A DNA stretch of 64,000 nucleotides. Origin: Okamejei kenojei (lineage: Eukaryota). Below, in pieces: positions 1 to 10,708 of this stretch. The stretch is from NCBI GenBank assembly GCA_035221665.1, contig CM069174.1:10912001-10976000 (forward strand), read 5' to 3'. The position numbers were made by a program, and so were the translations under genes. Each line of letters begins with the position of its first letter. Within the stretch, counting starts at the first letter, position 1. A model generated the notes under the pieces. The model worked only from the letters and a program-made list of their open reading frames with translations. It was not told where the DNA came from and did not search any database.

Positions 1-1340
1 GTTCATGAACTAAACTCCAATGGTTTGTTAAAAGGTCAGTAAACGTAATATAGGAATTGCTGATGATAGACTAGCATGCAAGTCTACAGTCTACAAATTG
101 CTAATGGGCAAAACATTACGTGAAAAATGACTTCGAATTGACACAAAGTCTTCAAAGTGATTGACAATAGACAACAGGTGCAGGAGTAGGCCATTTGGCC
201 CTTCAAGCCAGCACCCGCCATTCAATGTGATCATGGCTGATCATCCCCATTCAGTACCCCGTTCCTGCCATCTCCCCATATCCCCTGACTCCGCTATTTT
301 TAAGAGCCCTATCTAGCTCTCTCTTGAAAGTATCCAGAGAACCGGCCTCCACCGCCCTCTGAGGCAGAGAATTTCACAGACTCACCACTCTCTGTGAGAA
401 AAAGTGTTTCCTCGTCTCCGTTCTAAATGGCTTACTCCTTATTCTTAAACTGTGTGTGGCCCCTGGTTCTGGACTCCCCCAACATCGGGAACGTGTTTCC
501 TGCCTCTAGCGTGTCCAAGCCCTTAACAATCTTTTATGTTTCAATGAGAATCCCTCTCATCCTTCTAAACTTCAGAGTGTGCAGAAATATTTGCAATTTA
601 CACATGACCTGTATCTTAATGATAGATTGCAATCACACACTCATACATACAATCTTTGTTTGTTGGTGTAATTGCAGATTACACATACAAACAGTAACTT
701 AACTATTTGCGACTTGCGTGCAAACTTTAGCTTGAAGTAATGAATTGCGATTTGCACTTTATTTAAAAGCTGAAAATGATTTTGCGACTTAAAGTGCAGA
801 CTACAGCTTAAAATGATGGATTGCAACAGACATGCTGAGTATATTCTAGAAATTGCTGATGAACATTTTACAAAATAAAAGCTGACGTGGAAATGAAATC
901 CATCGCTTAGAAATGTCTGGAGCTTAATATGACACTTTGCAACGTACATATTTGGCCAGTAGCTTAAAATGACCATTTGTAGTTTGGGACTTGTATGAGG
1001 ACCCATAAGTGTAAATTAACAATTTATGATTTGCACATACAAGGAAGATCGCTGGAGTTTAAATTGACTGTTTTCAATTCGCATATTTAAAGTGATCATT
1101 TAGGATTTGCACTTGATCTATAAAGAAAAACTGTTGTTTTGCAAATGACAGGTTAAGATGACAATTTGCAATGCGCAGGAAAATTAAAACTACTATTTGC
1201 AATTTAAATGTATGAAAAGCACAATCAGTTAGCTTAGGATGGCTGTTTGCGACTTACACTTATGAACTTAAGCTAAAAATAACTATTTGCAGCTTGCATG
1301 TACAACCCAAAGTTTAAAATAACTTGTAATCTACAGGTGC
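1..1340. repeat. Degenerate ~38-bp tandem array (rough consensus aaaatgactatttgcaacttacatatacaaactttagctt), interrupted by a CR1 fragment
   Basis: The 'ttgc' core recurs at 707, 745, 782 and 821 (spacing 37-39), each with aaaatgac/agctt flanks. Related units continue to ~1340 and are weakly visible in 1-165. Confidence 0.6.
164..580 (-). mobile_element. CR1/HER1-type LINE 3' fragment with (ctattgt)n tail
   Basis: The minus strand encodes the CR1 ORF2 C-terminal motif (GESRTRGHSLRI...FRTETRKHFFSQRVVSLW) plus 3' UTR. It is near-identical to copies at 21524, 43647, 48108 and 55313. Confidence 0.85.
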
Positions 1341-1991
1341 AAATCTAATTATTCCCCCAAGATTACTTTGCTCCTTCTGCAGCAAACATTTAACACATTC
1401 TTATTTCCTCCTTTACTTTTCTCTTTCTGTACAAGCTATTTAATATTTATGGAACTGCTGGAATTCAAGCTGGATCTAACCAAGTTCGGGGGGGAAAGAA
1501 AATTCCTTTGGTTGTTGCTTACGAACTGTGAGGGACTATATTTTGATGGCACCAGTTGTATCTCGGTATTTCTTTCCTGCTCAGCATGTCAGTAGGATTA
1601 ACTCACTAATGACTAACAGCAGATTAACCATGCTCATAAAACGAACTGACTGCACAGGTTGGTAGTTGATGATAATCAGTCAAGTTTTTTTGTTTTGTTT
1701 ATCCTCTTGCTCTCTTGAATAGTTTTATACGAAACTGCTCTAACTTGCATGACTGAGATATGATTTCCAAAAAAGAATCTCACCAAACGAGATATAGATA
1801 AAGCTCCATTAGACATCACCTCTCCAGTAAAGACACATCCCTTCTGCACCATAGTTGCTGGCCAATGTCCTTTCACTACAGACAAGGAAGATGCGTACAA
1901 GGTGATGATGAGGGTTCCCAATGGGCTCCATCAAGCCTGGTACAACCATTAGTTGGGAACTACCTCACCCTCTGAAGTATCAGTTAAAGCA

Positions 1992-2132
1992 GGGGGTGGG
2001 AGATTGCAACCTTCACGTGGTCCACCCTGTTTCGACGAATGCAATCAACCCGGCGCGCACAAACAGAAGATCAAATAGAACAAGTTGTCTTACAACTTTA
2101 GGCTGTGCACGCCACACGCAAGAAGGAGAAGA
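1992..2132 (+). mobile_element. Short non-autonomous retroelement (Vingi/Ingi- or RTE-like SINE) with 5' ribozyme and (GAA)n tail
   Basis: Exact 10-bp flanking direct repeat AGTTAAAGCA (1982-1991 and 2133-2142); purine tail caagaaggagaaga; structured 5' and 3' halves. The family name is an inference. Confidence 0.8.
1993..2046 (+). ncRNA. HDV-like (CPEB3-type) self-cleaving ribozyme with minimal P4
   Basis: P1 GGGGUGG(1993-1999)/CCACCCU(2022-2028) with a G.U wobble at G1; P2 GAUUGCA(2002-2008)/UGCAAUC(2040-2046); P3 ACC/GGU; L3 UUCACGU; GU after P1'; UUCG mini-P4; catalytic-position C2036 followed by GAA. Confidence 0.85.
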
Positions 2133-2799
2133 AGTTAAAGCATGAATGATAATCCTGTAACTTTGATGAAAGTGCATGGCACATTCTGCCTAAAAGGTGG
2201 TGATTAAATCCAGAAACACGATGAGGATGCAACTGTTGAGGGCTTTCTCGTTGGCCTCCACAGCCATGGTTGTAGAGAGTTGACTTGTTCTTCTACAAAC
2301 CATCTGCCTAATATCTCCTTTTCAGGCACCAGGAGAGGTTGCACAAGGTGTCAGGCCACGTGTGGGGGTGAGATGCTCCTGAGCTGTAATTATTGGTAAA
2401 TCTACCTATAGAGAAGTAAGGTAGACTTGATGCCTACCAAGGTGTAATGTGTCCCTGTGTGCTACGATCACTGCCAGCCAACAAAAGCTTTGAAGTCTGC
2501 ATCCAACAGGAAAATTGATCGCCCCCCAATGCAAGCAGTCTATCCAATTTGGCAACATTAGCTTTGTATTATTGCGTCAAAATATCAAGTTGCATGATGT
2601 TGTTGGTGAGAGAATGCTGCTCTGCACTTCTCTCAGTTTTGCCAATATGCTGCGAATCTCAACTGAAAGCACCGCTCGCTCCATGCAACTATGCAATGAT
2701 TCTGCTCCTATGTGAATGGATTGATGCTGCTTGTTTGCTGCTAGTTGCACCAAATGTCCTTTCAGTCCCAACTGAAGGCAGGCTCAGTAGAAGGTTAGA

Positions 2800-2970
2800 A
2801 AGAAGAAATTGCAGATGCTGGGATCTTGCATAGAACACTAAGTGCTGGAGTAACTCAAGTTGCTCAAGCTGCATCTTCGGAGGACATGTCTAGGCAACCT
2901 TTTGGAGTGGGACCTTTCTTCAGCCTCCAGAGATGCTGCCTGACCTGCCGAGTTACTTCAGCACTTTGTG
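2800..2970. mobile_element. Penelope-derived palindromic element (degenerate)
   Basis: gaaattgcagatgctgg...tgctggagtaactca...cccttcttcag-like...ctccagagatgctgcctgacctgccgagttacttcagcac: inverted arms of the window-wide family. Confidence 0.65.
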
Positions 2971-3054
2971 TATTCAGTAGAAGGTTAGCTGGGAACTGCC
3001 TCATCACGATGCACAGGCAGGCAACCTCTTACTCCTTCCTTTCCTGCCTCATGT

Positions 3055-6000
3055 ATCGTGAAATTACTGCTTCTAGATTTCCCTCTCCACCGAGGCTGCC
3101 TAACTTGCTGAATATTTCCAGCAATATTATTGTTTTTGCTTCACATTTTCAGCATCAGTTTTTCCTTTCTGATGTTACAATGGAAATTACTGCTTCTGAT
3201 AATTTATGGGGGACAGACAAGAAATGGGTAATGATATCACCTGGGAATATAAACTGCAAATGACTGCTTATATTTTATGTTCTTAAAGCTGGAAATTAGT
3301 GTTCAGATATTATGCAATATAGACTGAAAATTATTTCCATTTTTTTTCTGGATGTGCATGGGAAATCATTGCTTCTGACAGTTGATGGACTATAATGTGG
3401 AAATGAATCTTCTTGATATTTTATAGATGATTACCAAGAAATTATTGCTTCAGATTCTTTATGAAGCAGACCTGATACTTTATGAACTAGTAACTAGGAA
3501 TAATTGCTTCTGATACATTATGGGCTTTAAAGGAAAATAAATGCTTCTGAATTTTGTTTGGAATTTACTGTTTATGATATTTTCTGGACTAAGGACAAGA
3601 AAATACTGCTGCTATTTTGTAGAGCAGAAAGAGAAAATTTCTCCTTCCCACATTGCATATACTGCAGTCTGGAAATGACTACTTCGGGATCAGGCTTAGG
3701 GATCAAAAGTTGGAAATTACGCCTTGTATGTTTATGGTGAATCGACTTCCAATAAATGATTTACTTTAGAATGGAAATATTTCATGGCCTAACAACGAGA
3801 TTTTACCACTTCTGATCGAGGAAAGTTGTCCTTTGTTTATTTTAGGGACGAGATATGGGAATTTATTGATGACACATTCTTTGTGCAAAATAAAATACTG
3901 ATATTTAATAGACCAGAAACTACTCATTCTGATATTTTATGGCAGACACTGTTGATTCTGTTATGTTCTAGATTTTAAAGAGGAAATTTACGATGCGAAT
4001 CGAAGCACCAAATTAATGCCATTCACAGTTTAAAGACTAAAAACAGGACATTAATGCTTCTGATATTTTATGGACTAAAGCCTTAAAATGATTGCTTTTG
4101 GTATTTCCTGGCCTGCTGCCTGGAAATAGCTGCTTCTGAGGTGTGCAGACTGTATCCAGCAAATTACTGATTTACCATCCGTACACTATAGACTAGAAAT
4201 TCCTGCTGCTGATAATTTATGGAGTAATGATTAGAAACTGCTGCTTCTGATATTTTATGGACTCAAAACTGGAAATGATGGCTTCTGACACGTAATGGAT
4301 GTTAAATGGGAAATAACTGCCTTTTTTTTGGACTCTAAAGAAATATTGCTTCTGATATTTTATAGACTAAATTATTTAGTTGGAAAAAAGACATCTGATC
4401 ATTTATAAAGAATGGAAATTGAAGCTGCTGATTTTTTTAAGTTAATGGATTAATTGGAAATTGCTGCTTTTGATATTTTATGGATTAATTGCATTAAATG
4501 ACAAGAAATTAGAATTTGCCGTGTCTGACATTTTATGGAGTAAACATTGGAAATCTTCCCTCCCGATACTTTAAGGACTGAAGATAAGAAATTAATGCAC
4601 CTGATATTTTATGGAGTAGAGATTGGAAATTGGCTCTAGTAATAAACAGAGTCAAAAATGTTGAAATACTTTGTGAAATGTTTATGACCAACAATTGGAA
4701 TATTCTGTTCTTTCATTGACTAAAGATTGAAAATTGGCGCTCCTGACATTTAAAAAAACTAGGCATTGGAACTGACTGCTGCTGATATTATATGGACTGC
4801 TGTGTGGAATTTGCTGCTTCTGATGCCAAATGGATAATAAGAAGGAATTTGCCCCTTCGGATACTGCAGAGGTTACTGCTTCTGATCTGAGCTTTAACCA
4901 GAAATTTATGTTTCTAATATGTTATTGACAAAAGACGAGTGGAGACTGCTGATGTTTTATGGACTGAATTGCAAGTTCCTGCTGCTCATATTTTATGGAT
5001 CCCTGACTGTAAATAACTGCATCTGACATTTTGTGGATGATAGACCGGAATTAACTGCTCCCGATACGTGCTGGATAATTGACTGCAGTTTACTGTCTCT
5101 GATATTTTATGCTTTACAGAGAGAACATTACTTCAACTTGTGTTTTACCGATCACAGGACAGAAATGGATGCTTGTAGCATTTCCTGGACAATGCATGGA
5201 ATGTACTGCATCCAGCAATTCACAGACAATGGGTGGGAAATAGTTTCTGATGCTATACAGACTATAGATTACCCATTATGCAGTACAGATTGAACGAAAC
5301 GTTGAAATATTTTACCAACTCTACTGAAAATAATTGCTTCTGATCATTTATTGATCACAGACCAGAAATGACTGCTGTTGACATTGGATGGATGTTGACT
5401 TAGTACACGGGTGCTTCTGATATTGTGTGGACTGTTACTTGGAATTCCAAACTTCAATCCTAGGAATACCCTAAATGTGGAAATGTTTGTATTTTGTGGA
5501 CTGTCATTTGGAAATTAATACTTCAGACATTTCATGGACTATTATTGGACATTACTGTTTCAGGTCTTTTATGAACTTTGGATTGGGCATTACTGCTTTT
5601 CATACTTAATGGAAAATTACTTTCTGATATTACACAGAATGCACTCTATCAATAATTGTGTTTTTATATGTTATGTACTGCATACTGGACATTGTTTGTT
5701 CTGATATTTTACTAACTATGGAGTAGAAATTCCAGCTTCTGGTGTTCTATCTTCTATCTAGGGATCATACTTTATCAATTATTTCATGGAGAAGAAATCA
5801 CACCTTCAATTCTATCATGTTTTACAGAATGAACGTTAAAGACAATTAATTAGTTGACTGTAGATTGGAAATACTACCTCTGATAGCAGAAAGGTTTCTA
5901 AAATATACTCTGGAAATTACTACTGATATTTAATGGATGAGAAGCAGGAAATAACTCCTCCCGAAATGTTATGGGCTATAAACTGAAATTATTGCTTCTG

Positions 6001-7200
6001 ATATTTTATAGATGAAGGACTCCAAGAAATTACTGGTGTGATATTTTATCAGCTATCGACTGGAAGTTACTGCTTTTGATATTATGTGCTACAGCCTGAA
6101 CATGCTGTTTTTGTAAGGTACTTTTAAGGAAAATACTATATTGGATTTTTTTATGCGCAAGGTAGAAACAGCTTGGGATATTTTATGGACTTTAGATTAC
6201 AAATAACTGCCTGAGATTTTATGGATTACAGACTGTCAATTACTGCTTCAAATGTTTTCTGAATGTGACTAAATATTCTGTTTCTGTTATTTCGGAAAAT
6301 GTTAGGCTCCTGATACTTAATGGGCTAATGGCTTGCATATAATTTATTTTGAATGTGCAATAATGAGATACGTCAGAGATATCATGGGGTCTACACTGGA
6401 AACTCCCGCTTGTAATATTTTATGGGCAATCAGCAGAAAGTAATTGCTTATTTTAATTTAGGTAAACAATGTGGACATTGTTACTTCTGATATTTTATTT
6501 GCAGTAATCTGCAAATTACAAATTTTAATAGGCTATTGATTGGAGGTTACTGTTCTCTATATTTTCTATATTATAGGCTAGAAGTTACTGCATATAAGGT
6601 ACCTCAAACAGAAACGTACCACACGGTATTTGATGCAACCCAGATTAGCAATTACGTCTGCTATTTTATGGACTATAAGCAAGAAATTACCACATCTTAA
6701 GCAAAAAGACCTGTAGTTGCCGGAAATGTTCGGATTCTTGCTGCTGCTGATTAAAAATTACCCTGCTGATATTTAAAATGGAAATGGTTGCTTCTGATTT
6801 TTGAATGTTGTAATCTAGTGTGAACTACTTTGTGGACAAATGGCAGGAAATCACAGGCTCTGACAATGGATGGACTATAAGCAGCATATGGCTGTTACTG
6901 ATATTTTAGTGACTGTGATAGACACAAAAAGCAGGAGTAACTCAGCGGGACAGGCAGCATCTCTGGAGAGAAGGAATGGGTGACGTTTCAGGTCGAGACC
7001 CTTCTTCAGCTTCAAATGAAAATTCTTCTTGGTCCAATAAGGGAAATTACTCTTTCTGACATATTTGCAGGAATCTGCAAGTTACTGCTTTTTATTTCAT
7101 TTTACAGAAAATTAATACTTTTGTTATTTTATAACTAAATAGCAAAATACTCCTGATAGTTTGTGAATTATAATCTACAAATAATTGTCACTGTTATGAT
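3055..7200. repeat. ~4-kb degenerate 38-bp minisatellite in GDF11 intron 1 (consensus ~ggaaattactgcttctgatattttatggactatagact)
   Basis: The core gcttctga recurs with period 38 (e.g. 4056, 4094, 4132). There are roughly a hundred diverged units, with a Penelope-derived half element inserted at ~6920-7010. Confidence 0.85.
6920..7010 (-). mobile_element. Penelope-derived terminus with intact hammerhead-like core
   Basis: Minus strand of 6982-7009 reads CUGAAGA-A-GGGU-CUCG-ACCU-GAAAC-GUC. Confidence 0.7.
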
Positions 7201-7984
7201 CTAGAAATTAGGGGCTCAATTTTTGTGAAATAACTTCAGGAGCAATTAGATTACAGTTGCATCTTTCAACCACAAGTTGTATTTTAAAGTACTAGGTATA
7301 AATAATAATTTAAATGGGTGATACAATTACATAGGCTAGAAATTGTGATATCAATAGATTCATTCGTTGTCAATCTTCATTTAATGTGGGGCTGAGGCAT
7401 TAAGATGATTAAATTTAGTCTCTAGGTTTTTTTCAAAGATAGTAATATTCAGATGTGGCTTTTAGTACAGGCATCAATGATGACGATATCAGTTCATTAT
7501 TCTTATTTGTTTTTCAATTTTGAACTCCAGCCGACACCTTATTTGATAAGTTGCTTCTTTAAGTTACCGTTTCTGATTTAACTCCATGCACTGTAGCCCA
7601 GAGATTATCCCTAGTTTTACTGTAGTTTTGGAAAACTTGGAATATTACAACTGCCTGGAGACTGGCTGTGTGGTTGTTAACATGAGATCGCCATCAGGTT
7701 AAAGTGGTGTTTTCAGGTAGATTCCCGCGGAGACAGGTAAGGGGTTGGTCCAAAAATCGCCCCATCGGTGTTACAAAGTGTAGCGCAGTTTGAACCAACC
7801 AGGAGGTTGATGTCACCTGCGAAGAGACATCTTCGACTTTCGGCATAACGGCAGACGCAGTTAAAGATTACAATTGATTGCATGAGGCTTAAACGACCCC
7901 ACCCCCTCCGCCAGTGTGACATTGCCCCCTTGAGCCGTCAACATATTTTCGCCCAGAGTTTGAAGATGGGACAGGGGTACTCAC

Positions 7985-8381
7985 GTTCGGCGGCCATGGT
8001 AATGACAGTTTCAGTCGTGGCGTGATACTCGTCATCTTCCAGAGCAGGCTCTTTGGCTGAGCAGTCATCTCCCTGGATGTCATAGCGGTCGAGTAGTTGC
8101 TGCAACGGGGGAGCTTTAGGCAGGAGCTGATTGACAATGTCCCGGCTGATGTTGGGGGCTTGCTTGAGACGCAGCTTGCTCAGGATCTGGGACTTAATGG
8201 ATTCCAACCTCAGTGCTTTGCTGTGCTCCCTCCATAAACAAGCGGAGCATTCTTGGCTCCCAGGTTCCGCATGGTCTGAGGCGCTCTCTTCTGCCCCCAA
8301 ATCCTTCTCCAAGGCTCGCTCGTCGCTGCCTGTCAATCCTAGAGAGATCAGGAGGCAAAGCAAAACGTGTGGTCTGTGCAT
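7985..8381 (-). CDS. GDF11: Growth differentiation factor 11 (GDF8/11 family), coding exon 1 (signal peptide + N-terminal prodomain); rest of gene lies left of the window
   Basis: [15 protein letters not shown]...[54 protein letters not shown]...[19 protein letters not shown] in accATG context; phase-1 GTGAGT donor at 7984. [15 protein letters not shown] and the ORMDL2/DNAJC14 neighbourhood favour GDF11 over MSTN. Confidence 0.85.
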
Positions 8382-8391
8382 GGTCTGCTGG

Positions 8392-8431
8392 CGTGTGTGT
8401 GTGTGTTTATGTGTGTGTGTATGCGTGCGCG
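8392..8431. repeat. Interrupted (CA)n/(GT)n microsatellite in GDF11 5' UTR
   Basis: cgtgtgtgtgtgtgtttatgtgtgtgtgtatgcgtgcgcg, ending ~10 nt before the ATG. Confidence 0.8.
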
Positions 8432-8543
8432 CCCGCTTGAGAATGGAGAGACGCGCTGGATCCCAGATTACAGCCGGGAGTGAAGAGAGGGCAGAGGGTG
8501 AGACACACGCTGGTGTATGATAACTGATCAACTGGGTCGCCCC

Positions 8544-8627
8544 TTTTTATATTATAACTTTGACCAGAACTATTGCGTCGTAAAAATCTGGGATTGGCTG
8601 AACAGCCAAAGGGGTTTTTGGCTGTCA
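8544..8627 (-). promoter_or_regulatory. GDF11 core promoter: TGACAG (Meis) - CCAAT (NF-Y) - CRE-like - TATA
   Basis: Minus strand: cTGACAGc (8622-8627) ... agCCAATc (8593-8597) ... ttacgacgc ... tcaaagttataaTATAAAAAg (8544-8551), ~160 nt upstream of the ATG. Confidence 0.75.
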
Positions 8628-8933
8628 GGAGAAGAGATAAAAAAAATTAAGATATTGCCTTGTGTCAATTCTAGTTATTATTTGCACGTTTCCCCTCCCT
8701 CTATCTAGAGCTGCTCTCGGCATACCATTCCCTGTATTTCATTCTTTCCCTCTTCCATTTACCGGACACAATTTGGACTATTCTATTCATTTAGACACAC
8801 ACTTAGTTTCCATTTACCAAACGTGTTTAAATTGACAAACTATTTTATTCCTCAGATTTAACATTGTTATATAGAAATCACCAGCTGTGCTTTCGCGTTT
8901 AATTTTCATAATTTATTCCAGATATTTTCCCTT

Positions 8934-8962
8934 TGTGTGTGTGTGTATGTGTGTGTGTGTGT
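8934..8962. repeat. (GT)n microsatellite
   Basis: tgtgtgtgtgtgtatgtgtgtgtgtgtgt. Confidence 0.85.
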
Positions 8963-10419
8963 TGTTTTTTTTATTTTGTTTTTGCGTCGCTTTTAACCCA
9001 ACCAGGATTGACGGCCATCGTGCGCCTGTGAAACTGACCCGCAATTAACATCATTGAAGTTTATTGCTACTTGCACCAGGCGCTCGGCACTCTTGGACTG
9101 TTGTCTGAATGTGTTTTATTTACATGTTTTAGCGGGGCGTTCTTGTGAAATAATCTATTGGCGTTGTTTTAGTGGGGTGATGGAAAGAGGGATGAAACAA
9201 AGTGCGGTTTTAGCTCGCTTCCTGGAAGCCGGGAAGGAAGTCTTTAAATAATATCAGAGTTTTTGTTTCTTGTTTAGGTTCCGTTTATTGTAATTTCAAA
9301 ACCTTTGTTTTTAAACCGTATCCAAGCATGAATCTACTATTTCATTAATTTATGCATGCATTGTAATACATTATGAACAGGGCGGGAAGGAAATTCAAGT
9401 AATAATTAACTAAATCTGGTATAAAAAAGATATTATTGGTAATGATGAACCTGAAACCACCGGATTGTTGTCAAACAAAACATGTTTCACTGATGTCCTT
9501 CTATATGTGACTCCCGGCCTGCCGCTGTGCTTAACTCTTAACCGCCTCCTCGGCTCAAAGCCAATTAGATCCACAAATATTGGCATTGGCAGCGAACGGA
9601 TAAATAAATATTTTTTAAATGGTCGTTAGGTTGCACTTGATGCCGTTTTTCACCGAACCTATTTGAAACGATTTCTGCGTCAGTTACTGGTCAATTTCGC
9701 CGACTGATGAGCGGAAATTGTGACGGTTCTTAGCCTCATTTTAACGAAAATAATCAATAGCGAGAGGGCAAAAAAAGTGACGGTATCCATAAACTAGAAT
9801 AAAATAAAAGGCTAATAATGAATGCACCAGACCCTCGGGCCATTACAATCTGCGGCTTAATCGGGCGAAATGACAGATGGACCCTCTGGTTCCCAATGTT
9901 ACAATGCAAGGTGTGAAGCCCGTTCCACATGGGACATCAATGTGAAAATGGTCACGTTTTCCTAAATTGATAGAAAGGAACATCAATTATTGGCAACCGA
10001 GGTTTAAAAATACCAGCTACCTGCATTCTCCGTTTCCATTTAACCTGGGTTGCAAATGTAACCAGAACTTAAAAGAAAAGGGCTTTGGCTGATTTGCAGG
10101 TGCGGTTATAAAATCGCTTCTGGTTGTCGGGGCGAACTGGTGAAAGCCATAGATCGGATTTATTAAGTGCCTTCGTTTTTGTGCACAGACCGACGGAAGC
10201 AATTTATTGTACGTGAGATGGGGCGAGGGAGTGAAATGAAGAGGCATTTCTGCTCTGATTGGATCAGATCCGCTCTAATATAAAAAGTCAAACTAATATA
10301 AAAAGTGTTTGCCGACTGTTTGTTTCATATACGACGGACGACATTGCAGTGGAATGTTTCAGGCTGAGCTTTTCGAGCTCGGCAAGACTGTCTGGGTACA
10401 TAATCACTATCGACATTTA

Positions 10420-10580
10420 AAAAAATCAGAAAATGCTGGAAACACTTAGCAGGTCGGACAGCATCCGATGATGGAGAAACAATAAGGAGTTTATGACCTA
10501 AAGCGGCGGCTCTTTCTCTTCGCTACTGAGTGTTTCCAGCATTCTCTGTTTTCATTTCAGATTTCCAGCATCTGCAGTTT
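10420..10580. mobile_element. Older Penelope-derived palindromic element
   Basis: cagaaaatgctggaaacactt...gagtgtttccagcattctctg...ccagcatctgcag inverted arms. Confidence 0.55.
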
Positions 10581-10708
10581 CTGAGTTTCATTTTCTGCTT
10601 CAGTTTAAATCCGTACAGCCCCGTCCACTGGATAACATAAACGGCATTAAAATATAACGTCGAATTCCTCAGAGCATCAGTGAAAAAAATATCTCAGTGG
10701 GGTATTCT

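Noticed and set aside
3055-7200. CRISPR-like array (regularly spaced repeated motif)
   Set aside because: Units are degenerate along their whole length with no unique spacers, there are no cas genes, and the context is a vertebrate intron; it is a minisatellite.
7985-8381. Myostatin (MSTN) rather than GDF11
   Set aside because: The promoter is MSTN-like, but diagnostic residues and adjacency to ORMDL2/DNAJC14/NEMP1 fit GDF11 better. Not fully excluded without the mature domain.
8382-8531. 50-aa N-terminal extension in the listed ORF 7938-8531
   Set aside because: It starts at a non-ATG codon at or upstream of the likely TSS and runs through a CA repeat; the signal peptide begins at the ATG at 8381.
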